The position numbers and the translations under genes were made by a program. From contig CM060732.1 in NCBI GenBank assembly GCA_030704615.1, positions 35,402,001 through 35,466,000 on the forward strand: a stretch of DNA of 64,000 bases, given 5' to 3'. This stretch comes from Takakia lepidozioides. Taxonomy: Eukaryota > Plantae > Bryophyta. Of the stretch, positions 1 to 13,009 are shown in pieces. Each line of letters opens with the position of its first letter. Within the stretch, counting starts at the first letter, position 1. The notes below the pieces were generated by a model. That model did no database searches. It was not told where the DNA came from and worked only from the letters and a program-made list of their open reading frames with translations.

Positions 1-2523
1 CAGCATGTTTTATTGACAAAGATTTTGCGAAACAACATAATTTAACGCTCGTAAAGAAGAAATTTTCGGCCCCTCTTGAAGTCATCGATGGACGACCGTT
101 AGCATCAGGAAATATTGACCATGAAAGTCGACCCCTTGAAGTGAAGCTTAATAATCAAGCATCACAAATTGTTTTCAATGTCATCCAGTCTCCAACGGAT
201 CTTGTGATCCTTGGACTTCCCTGGTTTGTACTTCATAATCCTGACATCGACTGGTGATCATGAAAATTTTTGGCAGGACACAAATGCAAAAGTACCAAAG
301 GTATTCAACCTCTGTTTCTTAGAGCTAGAGCCTTCATGAAAGCTACGAAGAAAGACGTAACATTTGCACTTTATGCAAATCCAATCAAAACCACAACAGA
401 CCAAGGTACTTCGACATTACCTACTCAATATCAAGATTTTAAGGATGTTTTTGAGAAGAAAAATGCAGACATGTTGCCAGAACATCAATCTTATGATTGT
501 GAAATTGAGTTACAAGAAGGAGTTCAACCATCATTCGGCCCAATCTATAATTTATCTCAGACAGAGCTAGCTGCTTTACGCGAATACATTGATGAAAATT
601 TGTCAAAGAATTTCATTTGACATTCGAAATCACCCGTGAGAGCACCTATCTTATTTGTGAAGAAGAAAGACGAATCGTTACGCATGTGTGTGGACTATCG
701 TGGGCTCAACAAAGTCACTATAAAAAATCGTTACCTACTACCGCTGATTTTCAGACTCCTCGAATAACTTGGACGAGCAATTTTTTTTACAAAGATCGAC
801 TTGAGTTCACTGTCTATACCGATCACAAAAACCTCAAGTATTTTATGAGTGCTCGTGTTTTGAATCGACGTCAAGTGAGATGGAGTATGTCACTAGCAAG
901 GTTTGATTTTGTTATTACATACCGTCCCGGACATCTTCAAGGAAATCCAGATGTTCTTTCTCGACGATCGTATCTTGCGCCAAAAGAAGATGATGCAACT
1001 TTTGACCAACAGAAATCCATCATCTTGAAACGAACAATTCTCCAATTGAATATCTTATTCATGTCCACCTATGACGATGTAGAAATCATAAAGGAGATTC
1101 AGGAAGCACTGAAGAGCGACCAATTTGCGACGACACTATGAAGTCAACTAAATCGACCTCGAGACAACCCACATGTTACAAACGACTTTGAATTCAAAGA
1201 TGGCTTACTTTATTTCAAGGGACTTCTCTATGTACCTCCAGGACTTACACGACTTCGAATTCTTCAAACATGTCATGATCTTCCGGCTGCAAGAGATTTC
1301 GGTTTTAACAAAACAATGGAATTGATATCCAGGAACTATTGGTGGCCGCAGGTGTGGAAACTCGAGATTTTTTTTGTAAAATCTTGTGACACCTATGCTA
1401 GGGCGAAGGGACCATGACATCGACGTTACGGCCTTCTTCAACCAATACCCATTCCCAAAAGTCCATGGTCGTCCTTGTCTATGGACTTTATTACGGAACT
1501 TCCAATTTCTAAGACCACCGACTCAATCCTTGTTATTGTGGATTGTTTTACGAAAATGGCACATTTCATTCCATGTAATAAGACGGTTACTGGCGAGGAA
1601 ACTGTAAGACTCTTCCTCAATAATATGTACCATATTCATGGACTCCCGAAGGACATCGTATTTGATCGAGGACCACATTTCATATCAAATTTGTGGAGGG
1701 GATTATTTCACATATTGGATACTAAGATCAACCTCTCTACAGCTAATCATCCACAAACTAATGGTCAAACCGAACGCGTAAACCAGATTTTGGAGCAATA
1801 TCTTCGTTGTACGATAAATTATCACCAAGATAATTGGACGGACTTTTTGCCATTAGCTGAGTTTGCCTACAACAACACTATACATTCTTTAACCAAGCAA
1901 ACTCCATTTTTCTCCAATTATGGTCATCATCCTCGAGCAAACCCTTTCCACATGAAAACTGTTGGAGCCCTGCTACAGAAAACCTTGCTACTTATCTTGC
2001 TACGATTCACAAGGAGTTTACATTCCGCCTCGCGGAAGCTCAAAAATAATACAAGGTGTATGCAGATAAACATCGTCAACTCCAACCCCAGTTCAAGCTA
2101 GGAGATCGTGTGTGGCTTTTTCGACGGGACATACAAACCTCACGACCATCAATGAAGTTGGATTATCAACGCCTGAGACCATTCAAAATTATTTGGCAAA
2201 TAAATCAGATCAGTTTTCGGCTTGAACTCCCACGAAGTATGCTCATCCATCCAGTCATTCATGTTTTATTATTGGAGCTGTATGATCCATCGAATATTCC
2301 AGGGAGAGTCTCCGTACCACCTCCACCAATCGACATCAATCAGGAAATCGAGTATGAAGTCGACGAAGTCCTAGACTCTCGCATCAAGTATAAACCTCTT
2401 TAGTATTTCGTACATTGGAAAGGCTACGACATCAACGAACGAACGTGGGAACCTTCATCCAACCTCGCCAATGCATCTGACAAAGTCCAAAAGTTTCATC
2501 AACGATATCCAGCTAAGCCCTGA
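1..2523 (+). mobile_element. Ty3/Gypsy chromovirus (Tcn1-like) pol remnant: protease end, RT 5' part, internal deletion, RNase H end, integrase, chromodomain
   Basis: RT motifs SFGPIY and [24 protein letters not shown]...FTKIDL join directly at ~800 to RNase H EFTVYTDHKNLKYF. Integrase has SMDFITELP, DRGPHF and HPQTNGQTERVNQILEQYLR. Chromodomain EYEVDEVLDSR...YFVHWKGYDINERTWEP ends at the stop at 2521-2523. Many frameshifts and stops. Confidence 0.92.
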
Positions 2524-3832
2524 GCTACACGTCAATAAGACGTCACAACGATGATGTCAGCCAAATTAGCTTCAAGATGAAGACTCCACATTCAATGTAC
2601 TTGATACACGCTAAGGAGGAAGGAGCATCACACATCAATATATATAGTTACACTTACAGCATTCTTGCATCTTGTATTGGCAGCATTGAGTCATAGGAAT
2701 CAGATACATTGGAGCTGTCGTTTACCCAACTACCAGATCAGCCGTTCCGATTCTCACGACCTTCAACATCACGCCGACGCTCTCGAGACGATGGGCCACC
2801 AATGCGACGCGTACATCATCGTCTAAACCCTGTTTGGATGTCATTAAGGTGTCCACATTCCCATTCAGGGTCAAGTGACACGCTTCGACAACGCGTCCCA
2901 TGATTGGCTGAATGGGGATAGGAACGCACTAGGTCAAGTAACACCATAACTTATTTTACTTCGGCAAAGTCCACATTTTTTATTTTTCTTAATGGGGTGG
3001 GGCTAATCTATTGCTAACCCTATATGTATCTATGATGTGAACCGTAAAAGTGTGCGACTTTTAGTTTCTGCAAAAACTTAGCTTGCTAGCGTGTTTTTAT
3101 CATCTCTTTGGAAAGATCCTACAATCAGTTAATTTTGGAAAAATTCTTATCATAAGTTTGAATTGTCAAAATATAAGTTGTTGGGTTTTCACAATTCACC
3201 TTATATCTAAAACTTGGAAGTTATGTTTGATTAATTAATGGTATAAGGCTCGGCCCTACCGAAGTGAGTCAAACAAAAATAAGCGATTAATTCAATTGAA
3301 GCATATGTGCGGATGATATTTTCTTTTCCCATATTTTGTTGGAAAGGAACTTGAGCAACTGTTACAAGCTCTTGAGTGACCCACTTTCAGCCTTTTGAGA
3401 GAGAGAGAGGACAGAACCCAGCCCAAAGGCAGACAAAACCATAAGGGATGGAAATATTCGTTGTTGTCAAATTATTATATTGTATAACAACAAAAAGTAG
3501 TAGTAGGACACCCCATGCCAGAACATTATGGGTACGTTCAGACCTAGAGGTAGCAGGTGCAGTAAACCGCAAATAAGACATCGATGTTCAGACCTGATTC
3601 TGCTATCGACGGATATTGTCGACGTGGCACCGTTATCGACGCACCTAATTCCTGGTGGTAACTATCGATTACTCATGGTGATAACAAAATGGCGGGATAT
3701 AAAAATGATCTGAAATCTTGCAGTCCCGCTTCTAACTCCGTCGATATGCTGTCGCTCCCAAATCCAGACTGATAGCTGTCTGTTCCCGCTCCTCACTCGG
3801 TCCTCCTCGCTCACTCCTCATTTGCACGCACA

Positions 3833-5041
3833 ATGGCCAACAAGGAAGACTCAAACAGCAAGATGGAGACAGACAATTCTGAACGTTCTGATAGCGGTGC
3901 TAGAGGTCTCATCCCATTGCGAGGAGGAGGGGGAGGAAGAGGAGGAGGTTCTTCACGGCAGAGATAGACAAATTGGCATCACGATGAGGTTCTTGCTCTC
4001 ATAGCATGCCAGCGCAGGGAGCATGTTGCACAGAAACGAATAGTTGATCTGAGGGGGAACATGGTACCTGCGGTGCAGAGATGGAATAAAATATCAGAGC
4101 AGCTCCATGCCATGACATTGACAAAGACCCCAAGAAACGGGAAAATGTGCAAAGATAAATGGAACTGCATCAACGGAGAGTACAAGAAAATTAGCGACTA
4201 CCATAAGGGTTCTGGACACAACACCTCCTACTGGGATATGAGCATAGAAGATCGTGAAAAGTATCACCTCCCCAAACATTCCAATGCGGAATTTTATGAT
4301 GCCATAGAAGCCTTCCAGGGAGAGAGAATCGTGAATGCTCCAGTTCATGTGAAAGACATTCATGCACAAGGTGACAGAGTATATGTACTGCCAAGAGATC
4401 AAGAACAAGATGAAGAAAATGCTGGTGCGGCAGACAATCAATCCAACATGCAGGAGAATCATGATGACGAGGAACCCTGTGAGGGTCAGCTCCGACGGGT
4501 TAATCCTGGCAACACTGAGGGTAATATGAATCCAGTCAATGTCATCAATCTCGATGATGAGTATTCGCAGTCTCGTGGCTGTGCTCAACATCCTTTTGTC
4601 ATCAATTTAGATGGCACATCTGGGGCTTCAACACCAATGCGAGGTGCAACAAATCCTCAAGTAGGGGTGACACCAACGGCTCCAGGGAGTACCGGGATCA
4701 AAAGGAAACGAACCTAAGTTTTTATGCCAGTCATCGAAGCAACAGATAAAAATAGTGAAGTGCTTCTGGATGCTGTGGATCGGATCAATTCTACCCAGGT
4801 TGACATTGATAGTAACAGGACAAAGGTGAATGCCGAAACCTTCAAGGAGAACCTGAACTACATGAAAAACAGAGACAAGAAGACTCGGAAAATGAGCAAC
4901 AAGATGATCGGTGTCCTCGCAAATTTGAGTACTGCGATGTGTCACGCATTCATTAAAGACCCAGCATTAGTGCCTCCAGCAGTCCATTTGTCCGAATCAT
5001 TTGACGATGAAGCAGAACGTCCAGCGACAAACACCATTTAG
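3833..5041 (+). pseudogene. Harbinger ORF1, Myb/SANT (trihelix-like) DNA-binding protein with in-frame stops
   Basis: One frame from the ATG at 3833 reads NWHHDEVLALI...RWNKISEQL...RNGKMCKDKWNCINGEYKK. Stops at ~3965 and 4715. ORF-track pieces 4061-4717 and 4724-5041 are in the same frame. Confidence 0.8.
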
Positions 5042-5270
5042 CTACGCATTTCTGAAGGTTACCAGACTAGCTCCAGTGCTCTGCACTTCAATTCAATTCA
5101 ACTGGGTTCTGCAATTTAGCTAGATGGCTTTCTATTCTTTTGGATTCAGGCTAGTTCTACATTCCAGGCTTACTCAAATGTCCAGCTACGCACTTCCAAT
5201 TTTGTCCCAGATCATGCAATTCATCTGTCAAACAATGATGTGAACTTGAATTTTCAAAGCAATGCTCAAT

Positions 5271-6629
5271 TCAAGCATTATCCTGATCTATGCGTGGCCG
5301 TCTGTTGCCCAGAAATGTTTCCAGTGCCTCACGTTGGTTTATTCCTGACAATTCGATGCCTTCCAGAACGGGTTCCACTTCATTTAACAATGCTTCTTGA
5401 TCTACCATATTATTATTCACCTGTAGGCGTCTTCTGGCACCTTGTGGTCGACCTTGTAGTTCCTCAGGTTGAGCTTCTTGCTCCAACTGGTGCATTAGAG
5501 CATCAACGTCCACGTCCCTGCCATCTAGAATTAGATTATACAGCATGCAACACGAAATTACGACATCGGGAAGAAAGTGGACGTTAAGGTTGATTTTGTG
5601 CAGCAATTCCCGAAATGTCTTCTTGAGTATACCGAATGCATTTTCAACAACGCTTCTGCCCCTGCACAAGTGTATGTTATATAGCGCTTCCAGAATCGTA
5701 TGGTTCACAGCCGCATTGTACTTATGGGGAATCATGAGCCATGGCAACAAGGGGTAACCTTTGTCGCCAATGATATAAGGTTGGATGTCGTCCTGAGAAC
5801 CCCGATCAAGATTGAATAATCCTTCGTACGTGGCCTTCTGGTAAAGATTGGACAACCTCAAAATTCTTGAGTAGTTCATTGACCCAGGCATGCCTACGTA
5901 CACATCCTTGAAACGTTTGTCATGGTCTACCACGGCCTGCAATTGCATACTGTATGCCTTGCTTTTGTACGAGTAATAATCTGTGGCGAATGGACCTCTT
6001 GGTTTTGGTATATGAATCTGCATGCAATCTATAGCACCATGTATGGAAGGCATACCACAAAACTGTTTGAAACCATTCATGACGTGAAGCAAGTCATCGC
6101 CTTGAGGCCAACGAATTTGGTTTTTGAAGACCACATTCACAACCTCGACAAACTCGTGTAACACCATACTCACAGAAAATTTTCCAATTGCAAATATTTC
6201 ACTGAATTGGAGGTATTCCGCTCCATGAGAAAGTTTATACAAGGAACACGCTACCCTGATACCTACAGGAATTGTTGCTCTGTACTTTGTGTTTTGTTTC
6301 TCAATCAATGGTTTCACTTTCTGCGTAATCTGCTCAAGTACTTCCCTGGTCACGCGGAAGTGCTCAATCCACCTTTGGTTGTCATATTGTGTCACAAGGA
6401 AGTGAGAATACCAGGTAGTGCTTCGTGCCTTTACCCAGTCTCCTAGTTCTCGACTCATGAGTAGTTCATAAATGCATGACAATCTGTATTGATGCAAAAT
6501 GACTGCATTTCGCATGGCTTCAAAACTTGATCTGTTCTCATCTCCGAGGTCATGGCACAAGTTCAACTGCTCATTTTCAACATCATGGCATAACAATATT
6601 TGCTCCTGCGCCTGTAAAACAACATGCAA
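5271..6629 (-). CDS. Harbinger DDE transposase (HARBI1/DDE_Tnp_4-like), 452-aa open frame
   Basis: Motifs WIEHFRVTR, GAIDC, LQAVVD, IIGDKGYPL and RSVVENAFGILK. Some conserved residues are altered (GAIDCMQ, GSMNY), so it may be inactive. Start codon uncertain. Confidence 0.9.
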   Translation of the reverse strand: MHVVLQAQEQILLCHDVENEQLNLCHDLGDENRSSFEAMRNAVILHQYRLSCIYELLMSRELGDWVKARSTTWYSHFLVTQYDNQRWIEHFRVTREVLEQITQKVKPLIEKQNTKYRATIPVGIRVACSLYKLSHGAEYLQFSEIFAIGKFSVSMVLHEFVEVVNVVFKNQIRWPQGDDLLHVMNGFKQFCGMPSIHGAIDCMQIHIPKPRGPFATDYYSYKSKAYSMQLQAVVDHDKRFKDVYVGMPGSMNYSRILRLSNLYQKATYEGLFNLDRGSQDDIQPYIIGDKGYPLLPWLMIPHKYNAAVNHTILEALYNIHLCRGRSVVENAFGILKKTFRELLHKINLNVHFLPDVVISCCMLYNLILDGRDVDVDALMHQLEQEAQPEELQGRPQGARRRLQVNNNMVDQEALLNEVEPVLEGIELSGINQREALETFLGNRRPRIDQDNA

Positions 6630-7005
6630 GAACTATGCCAGAAGAATTACTTTGATTGTCCTCATGATAAACGCCCGATGAGCTCTCTGCGATTTGATGA
6701 GCAACGTGCCTGAAACGAATAGAGTAATGGAGAACGAAGTGCAGCACAGGGAAGTTAGGCTCGATATCTATATCGCCTTGCATAATCTTGAACAGAGATA
6801 GCAAGCGCATGGAAATCAATGATTGACGCGTTATTATTTTATTTATTTCCACGCAGGTTTGAATAGAGATATCGAGAGGTCGATAAGTAAATACCCCAGT
6901 CGAAAAGTTACGTATCCAAGATCCTCTAGGGGTATCACCCGGCCTTTATCACCGCGGCTCTATCTCTAGGTATGAACGTATCTTATGACAACCAAATTTT
7001 AATCT

Positions 7006-7200
7006 AGAGCTGATAGCTGAGTTGGATAGTGAACTTTGTGACACCGGAATGATTTGGGGCTCAAATCCTACTAACTTGTCTTGTGTGCAGGTATGTTTCA
7101 CGGCTAATTAGTATCTCATTATTGCTTCCATGGCTTACTAGTATATGAAAGGGGGTAGCCCTTCGGGCTCAAGTGACACTAAAGTGGAGACTTGTTTTAG
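7006..7200 (+). mobile_element. tRNA-derived SINE-like remnant
   Basis: A-box-like tagctgagttgg and B-box-like gggctcaaatcc. The downstream gtagcccttcgggctcaagtgacac core is shared with other SINE-like copies in the window. Confidence 0.5.
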
Positions 7201-8092
7201 TGTAGAGCAGGAATAGGGTGCCTTATCGCCACGTCATTGTTGTCATTTTCTTAAGCTGCCTGGGAAAAAAAACTGAATTTTGAAGATATTTGGCAAATCT
7301 GCTATAGTAGCGTTTTCTTCAGTTCTTCAGCCACGTCATTGTCGTCAATTTTAAGCCCCCCCACCCCCCCCCCCCCCCCCCCCCCCCCCAAACCAAAACC
7401 AAAACCAAAAAAATGTTGAGTCTATGATATTATATATTACATGTATGTACATCTACTTCGTCTCTATGTTCAAGTATTTTAAGTCTATTTGTTAAGATTT
7501 TGATTTCAAAAAACCTTTATAAAACCCACCCTTGATAGGAGTCGTCTTTATATGAATCGAGACGTTTGTTTTGTTTGTTTTGTTTTTTTTTGTAGAGTTG
7601 AGATGTCCCAAACTGCGGAGCCCCACCCTGAGTGCTTGGTACCGTTGGAAAGCCTCGATGAGAGGGGGGTGCACCGGCTTGGTCTCATGATTTTTGGACG
7701 TGCGGTGTGGGAGATGTGGAATTTCAAGTACTTTTGGTCGTCAAAAATTCGTGAAAAATAGCAAAGTGGGCATTTCTGGGACAATGATTGGAGCCTCGAC
7801 ATGAGAGATATAAAGGGAAAGGTCTCCGGTTCAAATATGGTCATAGGCTCTATGGGGAAAAAAAAAAAAAAAAAAAAAGATTAGACTTACATAACTTATA
7901 TGACATTGGACACTTGGGCCAACGGCAAAGGCTACCTTAGTAGCCATAAAATGAAATGGCTCGAATAAATTTGATAAAAGTACTGTCAGATTGTACTCCT
8001 CCATTAAAGTTTTGTAAAATTTGAATATTATTCTCAGAAATCGTCACTAGTATTCTGGAACAATTCGCAACTCTAGTTTACATTTGTTTGAG

Positions 8093-8273
8093 AACCAAAT
8101 TATAGCCCAATGGGCACGTACCATCTTGAAAGTGGTTGGGTTCAATCCACCGATTGGTGCCATCACAAAGGCGTCCACCTTCTTGCCGGACGGCAGTAAG
8201 CCTTCGGGATGAAGAGACACCATAATTTACACTTCCTTCGGGAAGCATCAGATATTATTATTATTATTGTTAT
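8093..8273 (+). mobile_element. tRNA-derived SINE, copy 1
   Basis: aaccaaatt head, B box gggttcaatcc, body and (tta)n tail. Colinear with 45675-45861. Confidence 0.75.
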
Positions 8274-9318
8274 TCTCTTTGCTTTCAACAACCCCTCCAC
8301 ATTTTAATGAAAGGGGTTAAATTTCCCCTTCTCTATAAATAGCATAATTTATGAGATGTCACTTAGAAGTTTCTTCTTCTAATAATTAAATAAATCAGTG
8401 TAGTCACATTGAATGTCCAGGGCCATTATTATTTGAATAACGTGATATAATTTATTTATTTATTCAGCCATTTTTTAGATGATATGATGCAGGTGTTTTT
8501 AGGTAGTATCCTTCGCTCCCTTGGGTCTCCTTGTCTTAATCTTCATCTTCAATGGACAGTAATGACACATATTTTATCTCAACAATATTGACTCTCTAAT
8601 TATGTCAAGATCATTTTCAGTTTTGGACCTTTTTTTTTTTTTTTTTTTTGGTCACTTCTAGTCTTGAAATCAACGGGAGCAAGTCAGGCGGAGATCTCTC
8701 AAGTGCTCAAGTAAAACTTAAAAGTGAGATGTAATGAATTTTACAATGTATATTGTTGGTTTATGTGAGTATTACACAAGTTTCCAGAGTTGTGGAATCA
8801 TTATGTAGGAGATCCAAACCCATTTCAGAATAATTTTTTTCTAAGAAAATTGTGAATAACTGTTTGTGAGTAAAACAAATCTGGAGTTTATCAAAACACA
8901 TGGATCAATTTCATTATGGCCGATTCAGAATTCGTGGATAAGATTCCAAATCACTTGCCAAAATAGAGCAAGTTAAACTGGTCTAACTCACCAAACTTGC
9001 CTAATTGGCCTAACTCACCCTCCATCCCCTCGACTAAACGGATAACTCTATTGGCTTTGAGGTTTTCATGTGTTGTTTCTTCATGCATCATTGTCGAAAC
9101 ACATGGATCGATATTTCCTTATGAATTCAGAATCGGTGGGTAAGATCCCCAAAACACTTGACAAATAGAGCAAGTTGAACACCATGATGAGCACAAGATT
9201 GGCATTAACCTTCCTTTATCAATTAGATGTCTCGTGACATTTGGCTTTAAGGTTTTCATACGTAGTTTCTTCATGCATCATTAGTATCACAAATCTTATT
9301 CTTTGTCTTTGCCAAGTT

Positions 9319-9759
9319 TGTCGTGCACTTAAGCATCGTGCCACAATATACATCGTTGTCCACCATACATTCTAAGCACACAATCCTAGAAAGCTATGCC
9401 ACAATGATAATGAAAGTGAACACAATGGAAACACTCCACTCATGAATCCACTCAATCACATAAACTAAGTCAAGCCAAGGGCACCCTTGCTAAGGGAATC
9501 CACCCTACAAAGCCCTCAACACACTCCCTCTCAATACCTAGAGCTATGGAGGTGAGAGAGGCTCATGGAGGCTCAACTACAAGAAGATGAGCCCTCCTCA
9601 ACACTCACAAGGGAAAACCATCCCCATGTCCCAAGTGAGGTTTGACACCTCACTTGGCATGTGAGACCAAATGAAGTCCCAACACACAAAATACAAATAT
9701 AAATGTCCTAGTTAACTAGAAGTAGGTAACTCTAGTTAACCATGACTAAAACCATGACA
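9319..9759 (-). mobile_element. Solo B-A terminal repeat unit (TG...CA) of a family related to the DNMT retrotransposon
   Basis: Colinear with 26585-27077: same tgtcgtgc start, cacaatgataa junction, aagtcaagccaa...gggaatccac block, gaggctcaact...aagatgagcc hairpin and tgaca end. No matching TSD. Confidence 0.75.
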
Positions 9760-12129
9760 TTTTCTAGACTTGATAATCCACTTTCCCTCCAAGTTTTAAG
9801 AATTTTGGGGTTGGTTTTCTTGTGGCTCCTTTGTAGTGTCTTTGAGGGAGGTCTAGTAGAAGTCGGCAGCAAAAACTATTTGGCTGAGGATCAATTTGGA
9901 AATTTGCAACCCACTTGGATGGCTTTTTACGGATGGGACTGCATCACAACCAACAACTTAAGAGAGTTAGAGCGGGGGACCCTTCCACGTGGTCAAACCT
10001 GACCAAAAGTTGACGTCAAGGTTGGGTTTTGAAGCTCAGCGGGGCGTATCTATGTGCAACCTGGACTCCAAACCCTATCTTGGGTCCTAACCTCCCGCAC
10101 CCCCCCCATGATGAATGGGAAGTTAAGAGATCAGGTCCAATCTTTGACTTTTACTTGAATTTGGGAGTTGATTGTTGGGATGACTTGTTCAGCATGTCTC
10201 TTTTTTTTTCTTTGCTCTCATTCCTTGATTAAAGCAACCTATTAGCAGCTGTTTCTCTTGGGAGATGGGGTAGTTACGTGGACGGGTCAAGTTATTGTCA
10301 AACCCATTCTAACGATGACATCATTGGACGGGGTTGGATCTACATGGAAACAGTTTCTAAACCAAGTTGGCTAGCTTGCTGCTTGAGTGGCCCATTTCCG
10401 GCCTGATTCCTAGGGTTACCACGAAAACTACACGAGAACACTAAGAATAATGTAAGAAGTGCATAAGTGCAATTTTCTGATTGGATGGTACGTCAGTTTC
10501 TGACATGTCAAATCGTCCCGGCCACCTTCTCTGGAGGGTGAGCTGAAATGGGGCTCAAAAGGGGTGTCATGGCATGAAGTGTAATTCCACTTGGTCTCGA
10601 AATTTGACTAAGTCCAAATTGGGACTAGTATAAAATGCTCTGAGGAGTTAGATGAGACAAGGTTGACACAAACCAGAAGAGTCGGGGTGACACAATCCAC
10701 AGTTACACATAAGTCATCCATCAAAATTAATCAAACCTTGCACCTCACCGCCTACACAACCATCACCTTACCCGTCGGTCACAATATCTATGTGGCTTGA
10801 TTTTATGGCACATGCTTGAGCTGACATGTACGGCCCGGGAGGTACCGCCTGTAAACCCCCATCCGGCTGTCTCCTCGAGACGGGTTTGCAATTGTGCTTC
10901 CACTTCGTGTTGCTGCTACTTGGATGCATTTGCAAGGAGTTTCCCATGGCAATGATGTCTACGGCATTGGTGTTCTCTTGCAAACAACGACTTCTTCATT
11001 CTGACTCACCCTACGCACTTACAGGGGGTTATTTCAATTTACTGTCAAATTAGAAGTTGAAACCAATGAGAGTGATTCAGATTCATTTTTTAGCTATAAT
11101 GAACCAATACTGAAGTAGCTTGTATTTCAACATTGCGTTTGAATATTTGAGGATTGATTGATGGTACAGCTGACGAGGTCATGAAAACAAGCATTTCTTC
11201 AAGCCTACACATCAATGTTTAGTGATTATCAACCTTGGAACTTTACAATGTTATACCCAGTTTTTTGGTAAAATCATATGACTCTTCCCATGCATTGTGC
11301 ATATTCCAAGATGGTTCTATAACGGACAACTCATAATGCATGCACTTGTAGGGATTTTTTTTTCTGCGCCTTGCATTATGTCTTCTCCTCCCCTACTCAC
11401 AATCTGATGTTTTTCTTTGATCCATCTGTGCCCTTGCATTTTTTCTCCCCTCTCACATATTGGCTCCCATGCATAACATCCCCCATGTCTCTTCTCTCCC
11501 TAAGTTGATCCCCCGTTTTTTCCCCCCTTCAGTCCAATCCCTCAAACGTCAGCTCTTCTTCAGTCCGATCACTCACATGTCAGTTCCCTTGTTATCTGAT
11601 CCCCCAAAATTCACCCCGTCTGAACTCCCCTCCAGTCAGCTTCCCCCACATGTGCTCCCCTCCAATCTGTTCCCCTCATGTGTCGGTTGCCCCTATGTTG
11701 CCCCCCCACGTGCTAGATTTCCCTTCCCCTCGTGTTTAATCTACCATCGCCTCAGATCCCTCCCATGTGCTCCCCTCCAGTGAGATCCCCCCACGTGTCT
11801 GCTCCCCTCCAATGATATCCTCCACATGTCTGCTCTTCTAATGACATTGATCCCCTGCAAGTGTGTCGCATCCCCTACACGAATTTGTTCCCCCTTTTCC
11901 ACATCTCCCCAAGTCGTGCTCCTCTGCATTGTGTTTCCTCATGTCCGCTCCAATCTCCCCACGTGTCCCCCTCGCTGATCCCCCCATTGTCGAATCCTCC
12001 CACGTAGCCCCCCCCCCCCCCCCCCCCCCCCCCCCACCCCCCCACCACCACCACTCAGAACACCACACGTGTGATTCCGCGGTGGTGTCTTCCTCAAGAT
12101 TATGGTCGTGCGGAAGAGAAAAGAGACGG

Positions 12130-12420
12130 TGCGACGTTTTTGTTCTCCTCTTGCCCTCTCATCCTCCACATGCTTTCGAAGGATAGAGATACGCGTTGGC
12201 TTTGTTAATACAGGTCACGATGCCCTTCTTGCTTGCAGGAGTGACACCAATAAGATGACACAGAACACACCTCATTTGTTGTGGATTTGTTATGTCCCCT
12301 GGAGCAGAGTCTTTTATTACATAGAATGCCCATGTCGAAACAGTGCGTTTGTGCGATTTCCAAAAATCCCGTCGATTTTTAAGTACTGGGAACTGCACCT
12401 CCACATCCAATACCGTATGT
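12130..12420 (-). pseudogene. BED zinc-finger fragment, probably from a hAT transposase N-terminus
   Basis: STWAFY...MRCVLCH...KKGIVT, then frameshifted ISILRKHVEDE (aromatic/CxxC/H BED pattern). Confidence 0.55.
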
Positions 12421-13009
12421 GATGGTGAAATTGTAGAGATGACATTGCAGCCGAGGCTTGAGGAACTGGTGTATAATGAGTTTGTAGGATGAACGTCCTC
12501 CGCAACATGCATTCCACCAAAACTCTCTTATTATCAACATTGATGTCAGGAACAACTTCATTTTTTATTTCATCGAAAATATTGGGCTCCATGACTTGAA
12601 AAGCTTGTGTAATAACTTCTGTGTAAAACAATGCAAACAAAGAATCCAAATGATATTTAATAATTGTGGACAGTTCATACATTTACAAAAATTTGGAATA
12701 ATATATGGCTAGCCAAAACAAGAGTGCGGAGATAGACACCACACTGCTCAATTTATTATTTCATATTGAGATGAATGTTACATACATGGCCTACATCTAT
12801 ATCAATTTCTTTGTCGACTACATGTACATCTACATTTTCAAATTACAAAAACTACCTAGCAAGTCAAGGGCGGATCAGTCTTATGCTTCAGTGTTCGGCT
12901 TGGCTACTTCATGCTCTAGGAAATGATCTGTTATCATCCCCCAACCACATATAAACAACTCGGTCCCTGTTATACCACAAAATAAAGAATTAATTTAGAA
13001 AATTAAGCT

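Larger units (their letters stand above)
3530..6983. mobile_element. PIF/Harbinger DNA transposon, full length, two convergent ORFs
   Basis: Left TIR gggtacgttcagacctagaggta (3530) matches the reverse complement of the right end, agatacgttcatacctagagata (ends 6983), at 19/23. The 3-bp direct repeat TAT flanks both ends (3527-3529, 6984-6986). Confidence 0.9.

Noticed and set aside
7006-8273. tRNA genes at A/B-box motifs (also 38820-38880, 45675 and 53660-53870)
   Set aside because: No complete cloverleaf, and the boxes run into SINE-like bodies and tails.
9314-9764. TSD around the solo B-A unit
   Set aside because: The flanks agtt and tttt do not match.
10768-11053. Possible gene fragment
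   Set aside because: Coding-like composition but no motif I can support.
11340-12070. Pro-rich and Gly-rich ORFs
   Set aside because: C-rich low-complexity DNA with a poly-C run and no recognisable domain.
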